Source: Pirellulales bacterium
Lineage (GTDB): Bacteria; Planctomycetota; Planctomycetia; Pirellulales; PALSA-1355
Direction of reading: 5' to 3'
Length of the DNA stretch: 64,000 bases
NCBI GenBank assembly: GCA_963733035.1
Contig: CAVTBU010000005.1
Location: 1,920,001 to 1,984,000, forward strand
Shown here: positions 46,188 to 55,499 of the stretch, one piece after another
How positions within the stretch are numbered: position 1 is the first letter of the stretch
Layout: each line of letters starts with the position of its first letter
Notes under the pieces: model-generated
The model's input: the letters and a program-made list of their open reading frames with translations, nothing else
What the model was told of the DNA's origin: nothing
Databases searched by the model: none
Made by a program: the position numbers and the translations under genes

Positions 46188-46202
46188 AGCCGCTCCACCG
46201 GT

Positions 46203-46231
46203 TTGGACGCCAAGAAACCCACGAAAGTTCC
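46203..46231 (-). promoter_or_regulatory. Candidate ECF-sigma (autoregulatory) promoter
   Basis: The minus strand reads GGAACT-N16-CGTCCAA immediately upstream of the ECF gene RBS, matching the generic ECF -35 AAC / -10 CGT pattern. Confidence 0.6.
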
Positions 46232-46590
46232 CCGCGGGACGCCAGAAATCCGCCCGCGACGGCCAAAGAAGCGACCGTCCAACCCGATTGTCGAGACCCT
46301 TGAAAGGCTTGTCAAACATGGGGTCGACTGACGCCCAAGCTTTAGAGGGCGCGGTTTGGTCACTAGCGACGGTCGTGATTCCATCACCGACGACATCACA
46401 ATGAATACATTGAAATAATCACTTCAACAACAGGCCGCGAAGCCAAGCCGTCGTCCAAGAACCAAACACATTAGATAACCAGGGGAAATATCACCTAAAA
46501 TCAAAACCACGACACAGGGGCCCACGATTGGTCGCCGGAAGAACTGGCAGTGGACGCTTGGACGGTGCGATGTCCGTATCGAATCCGCGA

Positions 46591-47880
46591 CTACGGCGCC
46601 AGGGCGAGCCTTGGTTGCCAGGCAATGCCGGGGGGTTTCCGCCACAGCAGGTAGGCCCAGAGAATGATGCCCACTAGAAAAATGCCGATGCTGATGTTCT
46701 GAGAGATACTCATCCCCGTGCCAAACACGGCCGATTCGTCGATACGGATAATCTCGAGCAGAAACCGCGAGATCGGATGCAGCGTCAGGACCAGCGCGGT
46801 CAACTCGCCGTCGCGCCGCTTGAAGGGTTCATAGGCCAGAAGCAAGCCGCACAGCAAGAGTGCGTCAATGAGGCTGTAAAGTTGGGCCGGGTGCATCGGT
46901 AGGCTGCGAGGCGCTGGGCCGGCAATCACCCACTGTTTGGGTTGTGGATCCTCGGCGACGGCAACTTCGACCGTTTCGCCGTCTCCAAAGATGCTGAGCA
47001 GTCGGCCCTGGGCTTCCTGGACGCTCTTTACAGGCACGCCCCCGATTGCCACCACGTGCTCGCCTGGTAGCAAGCCCTGGCTCGCAGCGGGCGAACCGGC
47101 CTCGACGCTGGCAATTACCGGCGGAGCGTCTCCGCTGCCATCAAAGGTCAGCCCGTGTACGTACAGTGCGCCTCGCTCAACTTGGTCGATGAAGGCTGGG
47201 CTCTCCGGCGGGAACTGCACGGCCCAGGGAAGGTCGGTCAATCCGCCGTAGCAGCAGCCATTCATGAAGCAGCCGAGTCGCCCCAAACCGACTCCCAACA
47301 CGACCCCAGGGGCAATCAGATCCGAGAGAGCGAGGCCGGGCAGGTGATACTTGCGAACGAAAACAATCAGCGCCACGCCCCCGGCCAACAGCGACCCGTA
47401 AACCACCAGACCGCCTTGCGTCATGTTGATGATCGCCAGAAGCGTGCCGGCCAGCGTGGGCCGCTCAAATCGGTCCCAATACTCAATCACATAAAATGCC
47501 CGGGCGCCGATGATCCCCCAGATAAAGAACCAAGTGCCCAGCGACAGAATGATTTCCGGATTTACGCCAACTCGTTGAGCGCGAAAAACCGACAAACCCA
47601 CTCCCGCACTGACCGCAACTAGCAGCATGGCGCCATAACCGCGGATAGCCAACCCGCCGAGCCGCTCATCCATTAGGTGCGGCAGCACGAAATAGATTGC
47701 CAAGCCCACGACGAGCGCGGCGCCGATCTGGCTGCGTGTTTCACCACTCCAGCCGTGTCGTTTAAGCGACCAGCCCACCAATATGGCCGACACGACCACC
47801 CAAACGCCCAATAGCCAGCCAAAGCCAAAGACGTCGATTCCGGCCACTTGCCGCGGGATGACAAATAGTGTTTGACACAT
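46591..47880 (-). CDS. lgt: Prolipoprotein diacylglyceryl transferase with inserted PDZ-like domain
   Basis: IRGYG, GARAFYV, GGLVVYG, GRLGCFMNGCCYG, HPAQLY and RFLLEIIRID motifs. The insert is VIASVEAGSPAASQGLLPGEHVVAIGG. Confidence 0.9.
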   Translation of the reverse strand: MCQTLFVIPRQVAGIDVFGFGWLLGVWVVVSAILVGWSLKRHGWSGETRSQIGAALVVGLAIYFVLPHLMDERLGGLAIRGYGAMLLVAVSAGVGLSVFRAQRVGVNPEIILSLGTWFFIWGIIGARAFYVIEYWDRFERPTLAGTLLAIINMTQGGLVVYGSLLAGGVALIVFVRKYHLPGLALSDLIAPGVVLGVGLGRLGCFMNGCCYGGLTDLPWAVQFPPESPAFIDQVERGALYVHGLTFDGSGDAPPVIASVEAGSPAASQGLLPGEHVVAIGGVPVKSVQEAQGRLLSIFGDGETVEVAVAEDPQPKQWVIAGPAPRSLPMHPAQLYSLIDALLLCGLLLAYEPFKRRDGELTALVLTLHPISRFLLEIIRIDESAVFGTGMSISQNISIGIFLVGIILWAYLLWRKPPGIAWQPRLALAP

Positions 47881-47937
47881 GGCATCTACGCTCCCAGCGT
47901 GTGAGCAGGCAAACGGGGCGTGGTCGCCCCCACTCCA

Positions 47938-48804
47938 TCAAGAAAGCATTTCGTTATCGATCAATCGCGTCGTGCCCACGCGAGCCGCCACCAGAGCCAC
48001 GGCTGGACCTTCCACTCGATCGAGTGGCGCCAGTGTGTTTGCATCACAAATCGCGACATAGTCGATTTGCATCTCGGCCGCTTGCAAGATTTCACGCATC
48101 GTTGCAAGGATGGCATCCGACGCACGAATCCCTTCGCCCACCATCTCGGCAGCCCGCTTGAGGCTTTGCGAAAGCGATCGCGCTCGGCGGCGTTCCGCCG
48201 GTGCCAGGTAGGCATTGCGCGAACTCATCGCCACGCCGTCTGGTTCGCGGATGATTGGGCAAACCGTAATTGCAATCGGTAGGTTCAGATCAGCGACCAT
48301 CCGCCGCACGACAAGCGACTGTTGATAGTCCTTGCGTCCGAAATATGCCCGATCCGGCTGAACTATGTTGAATAGCTTGAGTACGACCGTCGCCACGCCG
48401 CGAAAATGAGTCGGCCGAAATTCTCCTTCCAACGACAAGGCCGGCCCAAGCACCTCGACGCTCGTGGCGTGCTGGGAACCATACATCACGGCCGTCTCGG
48501 GTGCGAACACGACGTCGACACCGTGCTGAGCGAGCAACCGGAGATCGGCCTCGATATTCCGTGGGTATTGCGTGTAGTCCTCACCAGGACCAAACTGCGT
48601 GGGATTCACAAAAATCGTGGCGACCACGACGTCGCACTCCTCACGACAGGCATCGACCAGACTGAGGTGTCCGGCGTGCAGCGCACCCATCGTAGGCACC
48701 ACGCCAATTGTGGCGCGTTGCTCACGTGCTGCGCGAAGGTGTTCGCGCAAGGTATCGGCTGCGTGAAATAGCTGAGGGGGAGTCGTCGTTTTTGCCGTCG
48801 TCAT
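47938..48804 (-). CDS. panC: Pantoate--beta-alanine ligase
   Basis: VPTMGALHAGHLSL, IFVNPTQF, RPTHFRGVATVV, FGRKDYQQ, AMSSRN and RLIDN motifs. Confidence 0.96.
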   Translation of the reverse strand: MTTAKTTTPPQLFHAADTLREHLRAAREQRATIGVVPTMGALHAGHLSLVDACREECDVVVATIFVNPTQFGPGEDYTQYPRNIEADLRLLAQHGVDVVFAPETAVMYGSQHATSVEVLGPALSLEGEFRPTHFRGVATVVLKLFNIVQPDRAYFGRKDYQQSLVVRRMVADLNLPIAITVCPIIREPDGVAMSSRNAYLAPAERRRARSLSQSLKRAAEMVGEGIRASDAILATMREILQAAEMQIDYVAICDANTLAPLDRVEGPAVALVAARVGTTRLIDNEMLS

Positions 48805-48822
48805 CAGTTGCGAAGCCGCCTG

Positions 48823-49824
48823 TTACTGCATGGCGATCATTGCCGCCGCAAGCTCGGTTAATTGTGCCTCGAAGTCGAAACTCCCTGCGCAAAGCACCGG
48901 CTGCCCGCCGCGAGCCGCCAATTGCAAGAGTTCGGGGTCAAGCGAGCGACGGAATCGACCCGGCGTGTCGCCTCGTGTGCCCACCATTGCTTCCCAGGAA
49001 TCAAGCACGACCAACAGCTTTGGCTGGGCGATTTCGTGTTGTTGTCGCCACGCCTGCTCAAACCGGGTGAAAGCATCTTTTTCCATCTCGACTCGGGCCT
49101 CCGCCAGCAATCGGTCGAGATAGAAACCGCTGATCAGCGCTCGGCCCGAGCTCCAATCGTAACCCGCCAGCATGCTTGCGGCATGGTCGAGGAATTGTAT
49201 CGGTGTCGTCGGGGCACGACCAGACGGATCGGTCCGGGACGTAACATGTTTTGCCACCGCCGTTTTCGACAGACAATCGGCCCCAACGCGAGCCGCCGCA
49301 GCTGCGGCAAGCTCCTCGGCCCGGCTGTCGAGTGATCCCAAAATGGCCACATAGGGCCGCGCACGGCGCAAGTGTTCGAGCAATCGCTCGATCGACCAGC
49401 CGACCAGCGGATGCACCATCTTCGGCGCCACCTCGGTAGCAGGTTCCAGAACAAAGCGGCGAAACGCCATCCGCGGATGCGGAATCTGCAGTTGCGGCGT
49501 GCAGATCACTTGCTCGTTGTAGAGGAGCAGGTCCAGATCGATAAGCCGGGCCTCCCATTTCTCGCCCCGCTGACGACCCAAGTCTATTTCGATCTGTTGG
49601 AGCAGCGCGTGCAACGAATCGGGAGTCAAAGACGTCTCGAAACTCGCGGCCGCGTTGAGAAACGGTGCTTGTCCGGCAGGCCCGCCGACGGGCAGGGTCT
49701 CGTGAAACGTGCTGACCGAGGGGCTGCTGATCGCGGAGTTCTGCGAGAGCCGGTCGATGGCACTCGTCAGCGCTATGTGTCGCTGGCCAAGATTTGCGCC
49801 CAGGGCAATCAGCGCTCGCGGCAT
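48823..49824 (-). CDS. folK: HPPK (2-amino-4-hydroxy-6-hydroxymethyldihydropteridine diphosphokinase) with C-terminal degenerate deoxynucleoside-kinase-like extension
   Basis: IALGANLG, FLNAA, IEIDLGR, RLIDLDLL and IPHPRMAFRRFVLEP motifs, followed by about 170 extra C-terminal residues. Confidence 0.9.
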   Translation of the reverse strand: MPRALIALGANLGQRHIALTSAIDRLSQNSAISSPSVSTFHETLPVGGPAGQAPFLNAAASFETSLTPDSLHALLQQIEIDLGRQRGEKWEARLIDLDLLLYNEQVICTPQLQIPHPRMAFRRFVLEPATEVAPKMVHPLVGWSIERLLEHLRRARPYVAILGSLDSRAEELAAAAAARVGADCLSKTAVAKHVTSRTDPSGRAPTTPIQFLDHAASMLAGYDWSSGRALISGFYLDRLLAEARVEMEKDAFTRFEQAWRQQHEIAQPKLLVVLDSWEAMVGTRGDTPGRFRRSLDPELLQLAARGGQPVLCAGSFDFEAQLTELAAAMIAMQ

Positions 49825-49984
49825 GGCTGTCTATGTGGGGGGGACGATGGTGAGCGACTCGGGTCCGCATCATTGTACGGTGAGGCGGGATGCCGAAGCG
49901 AACGCTCGTTTAAACGATGGACTTGCACGTGAAGCCCAACGAGAAGCGAACAGGCGGTTGCCCCTTCGCGTAGAAAAGGATGCA

Positions 49985-50151
49985 AAAACCCAGGGGGGCT
50001 TCCGTTCCGCGACCTTTCGGCCGCCGACTGTCGATCCTTGCAGTCGTCGCCCCCAAGCTACGTTGCCTATGGGTGTTTGAGGAGCGACGGGACTTGAGCT
50101 AGCACTCAAATCGACTGCGTATCGACATATCCTGCGCAACGAAAGACCCGT
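49985..50151 (-). ncRNA. Candidate structured RNA (two multi-stem modules) upstream of folK; family not identified
   Basis: Minus-strand stems ACGGG/CCCGT, TCGAT/GTCGA, TTGAG/CTCAA, GGGGGC/GCCCCC, GACTG/CAGTC and GCGGCC-GAAA-GGTCGC. The G-U pairs and GNRA loop work only on the minus strand. A U-tract follows. Confidence 0.45.
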
Positions 50152-50284
50152 TTTTTTCGAGCCAGCGCCCGCCAGATTTTATATGCCGACCTGCCGGATG
50201 AGGATTCCGCAAGGTCGTCTATGGCACCGAGAACACGATGCACTAATCGATTCACAACCGTCGCTAACCATCAAACAGAGTCAC

Positions 50285-50312
50285 ATTTTGCGTTCGTGGC
50301 GAAAAATGTCAA
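50285..50312 (-). promoter_or_regulatory. Candidate sigma70 promoter pointing toward the structured RNA and folK
   Basis: The minus strand reads TTGACA-N16-CAAAAT. Confidence 0.45.
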
Positions 50313-50616
50313 GCAACATTCCGTTGTGTTTTTTTTGCGCGAGATTTCCTCTTGAAACTTCGCGGTGCATGCGAACTAAACAAGTCGTCGCGCTGCCCGC
50401 ATCCGTTCAGCGATGCAGTCGATTGCGCATTGAACATCAAGCCAAGAACCTTCGTGCAGTGGAAATTCTTTCGTCAGAATTGAGAATCTCTCGATAAATT
50501 CGCGACTCCCTGCATGCGGCATGGCGACGACCGGTCCGCGCGGACTTGAACCTCGCACAAAGCGTGACTTAGGATTGCATGCTGAGTAAATTCGCTTCCT
50601 CCAGAGTGGCACGATT

Positions 50617-51468
50617 GTGGACGAACTTTCCGGCGACAAGCGCGCACAACTGCATGAAGCCCTCGCTCGCGCGCATGAGTCCTCCGCCGCCGGCTTCGCC
50701 GACGCAAACGATCCGATCGCGTTACTACAGCGGTTACTGGGACCGACACTCTGCCGCCAACTCGGCGTGTTTCATTTGCCCGAGAGCTTTTTGCTCTCGG
50801 TCGTCATTCCGGTTTACAACGAACAGCGCACAATTGAGGAAGTGATTCGACGCGTGCGCAGTTGCGGCATTCCCTGCGAATTAGTGATCGTCGACGACGG
50901 CAGCACCGATGGCACACGCGCGGTTCTGACAAAGTATCAGGACGATGCCGATGTGACGGTCGTGCTGCACGAAGTCAATGAAGGCAAAGGGGCCGCACTA
51001 AAGACGGGCTTCCTGCGAGCAACGGGCGATGTAGTCGTCGTGCAAGACGCCGACCTCGAGTACGATCCGGCCGACTACACGCGGCTGCTGCAACCGATCA
51101 TCGAAGAACAGGCCGACGTGGTGTTCGGCAGCCGGTTCATCGGCGCCAGCCACCGCGTGCTCTATTTCTGGCATTCGGCAGGCAACAAGTTCCTGACCTT
51201 GCTTTCAAACATATTCACCAACCTGAATCTAACGGACATCGAAACCTGCTATAAGATGTTTCGCCGCGAGGTCATTCAACAGATCGCCCCCACGCTCCAG
51301 GAAAAGCGATTTGGTATCGAGCCGGAACTGACGGCCAAAGTGGCTCGCATCCCTGGCGTGCGAATATACGAACGTCCAATCAGCTACTCCGGACGCACCT
51401 ACGCGCAAGGCAAAAAAATCGGCTGGCGCGACGGCTTTCGAGCCTTGTGGTGCATCCTCAAGTATTAG
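50617..51468 (+). CDS. Glycosyltransferase family 2 (DPM1/polyprenol-phosphate sugar transferase-like)
   Basis: [46 protein letters not shown] and GKKIGWRDG motifs. Confidence 0.92.
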   Translation: MDELSGDKRAQLHEALARAHESSAAGFADANDPIALLQRLLGPTLCRQLGVFHLPESFLLSVVIPVYNEQRTIEEVIRRVRSCGIPCELVIVDDGSTDGTRAVLTKYQDDADVTVVLHEVNEGKGAALKTGFLRATGDVVVVQDADLEYDPADYTRLLQPIIEEQADVVFGSRFIGASHRVLYFWHSAGNKFLTLLSNIFTNLNLTDIETCYKMFRREVIQQIAPTLQEKRFGIEPELTAKVARIPGVRIYERPISYSGRTYAQGKKIGWRDGFRALWCILKY

Positions 51469-51594
51469 GCAGCGAATTTCCTACGCACGGCTGTGCTGGC
51501 GCAGACCAAATTGCGCAGACCGATATAATTCCGTCAGCCAAATGTGCTCTCGCGCGTCTTGCTGACACCCTTCACCCCTGGCCGAGGATCGAAC

Positions 51595-52704
51595 GTGATC
51601 GTTGGAGTGCCCAAGGAAATCAAGCGCGACGAGTATCGTGTTGCTCTTCTCCCCGTCGGCGCCGAGGAACTGGTTCGCGCGGGTCACCGCGTGCTCGTGG
51701 AACAGGGAGCCGGGCTTGGATCCGGCCTTACCGACCAGCAATATGCTCGGGCGGGTGCGGAATTGGTTGCGTCCGCGTCCGAAGTTTTCGGGACTGCCGA
51801 CATGGTCATTAAGGTCAAAGAGCCGCTCGAATGCGAATGGCCGCTGCTACGGCCGGGACAAATCGTCTTCACTTACTTTCATTTCGCGGCCGACCGCAAG
51901 CTGACCGAGGCCGTGCTCGCGTCGGGGGCGACCGCGGTGGCCTATGAGACCCTGCGCGACGAACGTGGCCACTTGCCCTTGCTTACACCCATGAGCGAGG
52001 TGGCCGGTCGCATGAGTATTCAGGAAGGTGCGAAGTATCTTGAACGCCCGCAAATGGGACGAGGCATTCTGCTCGGCGGCGTGCCGGGCGTGGCGCCGGC
52101 ACACATCACGATCCTGGGCGGGGGCATCGTCGGAGCGAATGCCGCCAAAGTGGCCGCGGGCTTCGGTGCCGACATTGGCCTCTTGGACATCAACATGGAC
52201 CGCCTGCGCTATCTCGACGACATCATGCCCGCCAACGTCGACGTGCTGTTCAGCGACCGACATACGATTCGCGAACAGCTCGAACGGGCCGACCTGGTAA
52301 TCGGCGCGGTGCTTATTCCCGGCGCCAAGGCTCCCCGGCTGATCGAGCGCGAGGACCTGAAGAACATGAAACCCGGCAGCGTGATTATTGACGTGGCAAT
52401 CGACCAGGGGGGCTGTGTGGGCACCAGCCATCCCACGACACACAGCGAACCGACATTCATTGTTGATGAAGTCGTGCACTACTGCGTCACCAACATGCCG
52501 GGTGCCGTCGGTCGCACGAGTACGTATGCCTTATGCAACGTAACGCTGCCCTGGGCACTAGCCATTGCGAACCGTGGCATCGAGCACGCGGCGCGAGAGC
52601 TCAAGCCGGTCGCACACGCGGTGGATATCATGGCAGGCGAAGTCACGAACGCGGCCGTGGCCCAAACGTTCGATCTACCGCTCAGCAATCGCTTCGCGTC
52701 GTAA
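51595..52704 (+). CDS. ald: Alanine dehydrogenase
   Basis: IVGVPKEIK..EYRV, KVKEP, PMSEVAGR, GGGIVG, GAVLIPGAKAP, DVAIDQGG and YCVTNMPG motifs. GTG start with GAGGA RBS. Confidence 0.96.
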   Translation: MIVGVPKEIKRDEYRVALLPVGAEELVRAGHRVLVEQGAGLGSGLTDQQYARAGAELVASASEVFGTADMVIKVKEPLECEWPLLRPGQIVFTYFHFAADRKLTEAVLASGATAVAYETLRDERGHLPLLTPMSEVAGRMSIQEGAKYLERPQMGRGILLGGVPGVAPAHITILGGGIVGANAAKVAAGFGADIGLLDINMDRLRYLDDIMPANVDVLFSDRHTIREQLERADLVIGAVLIPGAKAPRLIEREDLKNMKPGSVIIDVAIDQGGCVGTSHPTTHSEPTFIVDEVVHYCVTNMPGAVGRTSTYALCNVTLPWALAIANRGIEHAARELKPVAHAVDIMAGEVTNAAVAQTFDLPLSNRFAS

Positions 52705-52723
52705 TTCGAACGCCCGACCGTGC

Positions 52724-53791
52724 CTAGAACGTTCCCTCGCTGATCGCCCTGGCCGCCTCTTGCGCCAGCGCCGCCACGTTCTTGTCGAAATGGGCGAAGC
52801 GTTCGTCCTTGGTGAAACCTTGCACGTAGCGGTAGTAGATCTGTTGCACGATCACGGCCACCTTGTACAGGCCAAAGGCGTAGTAGAACAGGACGTTCGA
52901 CGTGTCGTAACCGCTCTTCTCGCCGTAGTAGTCGGTAAGCTCGCGGCGAGTCATGCTGCCGGGAAGCTGCGTGGGACCAAACGAGTGCAGTTGCAGGGGC
53001 ATCGGATCCTTGGCTTCGACCCAGTAAGCCAACACGGTGCCAAAGTCCATCATGGGATCGCCCAGCGTGCACATTTCCCAATCGAGCACGGCCACGATCT
53101 TCGTCAGATCATTCGGGTCGAGCATGATGTTGTCGAATTTATAATCGTTGTGCACGAGTGTGCCGGCAACCTCGGGTGGCATGTGCTCGGGGAACCAGCC
53201 CATCAGGAACTCCATATCCTTCACCTGGTCGGTGCGACAGGCTTCGTAGCGCTTGTTCCACCCCCCGACTTGTCGACCGACATATCCAGCTGGTTTGCCA
53301 AGATCGCCTAGTCCGGCAGCCTGGTAGTCGATGTGGTGAAATTCCACCAGGTTGTCGATAAATGCCCGATTCAGCCTGGCGAGCGTTTGCGGATCCAGGT
53401 TTAGTCCCTCGGGAATCTTGCGACGCAGGACGACGCCATGTCGTCGCTCCATGCAGTAGAACGGCGCGCCGAGGATCGACTCGTCCTCGCAGTAAACCAG
53501 CGGACGCGGGGCGGGAGCGTATACCTGATGAAGCTTCGAGAGCACCTTGTATTCGCGACCCATGTCGTGCGCGCTTTTCACCCGGTTGCCAAACGGCGGA
53601 CGGCGGAGCACGAGTTCCGTTTCGCCAAGCTTGATTAGATAGGTCAGGTTCGACGCGCCGCCCGGGAACTGCTCGACCACGAGCGGCCCGTGCGCGTCGG
53701 GCAGCTCCTTGAGCAAATATTGCTCAAGGGCCGGCACGTTGAGTTCCTCGCCGGCCCGCACCGGCCGGGTGCTATCCAGGATCTCGCTCAT
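52724..53791 (-). CDS. APH/choline-kinase-like phosphotransferase (ACAD10/11 kinase-domain, LvaA-like)
   Basis: QFPGGASNLTY, LVLRRPP, SAHDMGREY, HNDYKFDN and VLDWEMCTLGDP motifs. Confidence 0.9.
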   Translation of the reverse strand: MSEILDSTRPVRAGEELNVPALEQYLLKELPDAHGPLVVEQFPGGASNLTYLIKLGETELVLRRPPFGNRVKSAHDMGREYKVLSKLHQVYAPAPRPLVYCEDESILGAPFYCMERRHGVVLRRKIPEGLNLDPQTLARLNRAFIDNLVEFHHIDYQAAGLGDLGKPAGYVGRQVGGWNKRYEACRTDQVKDMEFLMGWFPEHMPPEVAGTLVHNDYKFDNIMLDPNDLTKIVAVLDWEMCTLGDPMMDFGTVLAYWVEAKDPMPLQLHSFGPTQLPGSMTRRELTDYYGEKSGYDTSNVLFYYAFGLYKVAVIVQQIYYRYVQGFTKDERFAHFDKNVAALAQEAARAISEGTF

Positions 53792-53861
53792 GGTTCACTC
53801 CAACTCTGCAAACAGAATCTCTTGATCCTTGCTTTCGTCGTATCGCTTCATACCTGGTGCG

Positions 53862-54581
53862 TCAACGAAACGTCCACATTTCCGGATCTTCCAAATGGGC
53901 CAGTGCGTTGAATCCTTCCAGCGTCACGCGGCCCGGGCTGAATACGAAGTCCGTCACGGAGCAGTTGCGAATTCGCCAGCCAAGGTCGAGCGATTTGGTG
54001 TCACTACAACCCAGCGCCGCCTGCAAACAAACGGTGATCGCACCCACCGAACTGAACGCCGCCACGCGACGCCCCCTTTTCTCGCGGTCGACAATCTGCC
54101 GCAGTCCGTTTCGCACGCGTTGTTGAAACTCGGCCCACGTCTCAAAACCGTCTGCGCCGATCTTGCCAGCCACCCACAGACCCACGACTTGTTCGAACAT
54201 CAACTGAAACGTGCGATGCTTGTCTTGCGGCTCCTGAGCTGCCTTGTAATCGGCTAGCAGCCCGCCAACGTGCGGAAACTCCTCGACGATCTGCCGGACG
54301 GTGGCTTTCATCAACCGGTCGACGTGATGCTCGTCTAGTTCCGGCACGATTTGCGGCTCGGGCCACTCGAGCCCCGCGCGGGCAAATGCTTCGCCGGCCA
54401 AGGCGGCGGTTTCGATCTGTCGGACGCGCGGGCCCGTGTAGATCTCATCGAAGCGCACGCCGCGTCGCAGCCAGTATTCTCCCAGCAGCCTTGCCTGCTG
54501 CTCGCCGAGCGGCGAGAGCTGATCGTAGTTGTCGGCGAAAAACGAAGCCTGCCCGTGCCTGACGAGCGCCAAACTACCCAT
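53862..54581 (-). CDS. Histidine phosphatase (phosphoglycerate mutase) family protein
   Basis: LVRHGQASF, YDQLSPLGEQQA, RQIETA and NCSVT motifs. GAGG RBS before ATG 54581. Confidence 0.88.
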   Translation of the reverse strand: MGSLALVRHGQASFFADNYDQLSPLGEQQARLLGEYWLRRGVRFDEIYTGPRVRQIETAALAGEAFARAGLEWPEPQIVPELDEHHVDRLMKATVRQIVEEFPHVGGLLADYKAAQEPQDKHRTFQLMFEQVVGLWVAGKIGADGFETWAEFQQRVRNGLRQIVDREKRGRRVAAFSSVGAITVCLQAALGCSDTKSLDLGWRIRNCSVTDFVFSPGRVTLEGFNALAHLEDPEMWTFR

Positions 54582-54606
54582 TGTCTTGGTGTGCCTCTTA
54601 AGTCGA

Positions 54607-55398
54607 TTACATCGTGACGTCACTGCCGGACGCGCGGATTTGGTCTTGCAAGCGCCGCATGCCACGAATCCAGCGATCATGATCCACTGCCTTGCGCTGG
54701 CAATACTCCGCCACAATGGGATGGGGCAAAATCAAGAATTTCTCCGTCGCCAATCCCTGGATCACGAACTCTGCCACTTCCTCGGGTGAGATTGCCTCGG
54801 CTCGCAAGAATTTCGTGGCTTCGCCCACATCTGGCCCCATCAGCATGTTCGTGAATACACCCTGCGGGCAAAGGCACGAAACTTTGATGGCCGGCCCATG
54901 CGTAATCGAAAGCCACTCGGCCAGCGCCACAGCGGCATGCTTTGTGACGGAGTACGGGGCGCTGCCGATCGCCGAAAGCAGTCCGGCGGCCGAAGCCGTC
55001 TGCAGTAGGTAACCGTCGCCCCGCTTTAGCATCTGCGGCAACACGGCCCGAGCAGCGTACACGTGGGCCATCAGGTTGACTTCCCAAATCCGCTGCCAGT
55101 CGGCGTCCGGTGCCTCGACACCGCCGCCGGTCGCAATGCCGGCGTTGGAACAGAACAGATCGATCTGACCGAACTGGCTGGTGGCCTCGTCGACCAAGCG
55201 GCGCATGTCGTCTTCGCGGGCGACGTCAACCACGACTGGCAAGCCACCGATTTCCTCGGCGGCCGCTTGCGTCGCGCGGGGTTCGCAATCGGCGACAACG
55301 ACACCGCGCGCCCCCTCGATGGCAAAGCGGCGACAGAGCGCCCGACCAATGCCGTTGGCACCTCCTGTGACGACGGCGACTTTGTCTTTGAGTTGCAT
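54607..55398 (-). CDS. SDR family NAD(P)-dependent oxidoreductase
   Basis: [12 protein letters not shown] and YSVTKHA catalytic YxxxK motifs. Confidence 0.93.
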   Translation of the reverse strand: MQLKDKVAVVTGGANGIGRALCRRFAIEGARGVVVADCEPRATQAAAEEIGGLPVVVDVAREDDMRRLVDEATSQFGQIDLFCSNAGIATGGGVEAPDADWQRIWEVNLMAHVYAARAVLPQMLKRGDGYLLQTASAAGLLSAIGSAPYSVTKHAAVALAEWLSITHGPAIKVSCLCPQGVFTNMLMGPDVGEATKFLRAEAISPEEVAEFVIQGLATEKFLILPHPIVAEYCQRKAVDHDRWIRGMRRLQDQIRASGSDVTM

Positions 55399-55499
55399 GA
55401 TGAGCCCCTACGATAGGTCAAACGAGTCAGCTTACCCAGACCGCGAGCGAACGCCGCCAACCGGGCATACGTTCGTTCGCGCCCTAGTCGAGGTTGCAC

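Noticed and set aside
50099..50125. CIRCE heat-shock operator (TAGCACTC half-site)
   Set aside because: The second half-site GAGTGCTAA at 9-nt spacing is missing, and the sequence is better explained as part of the RNA hairpin.
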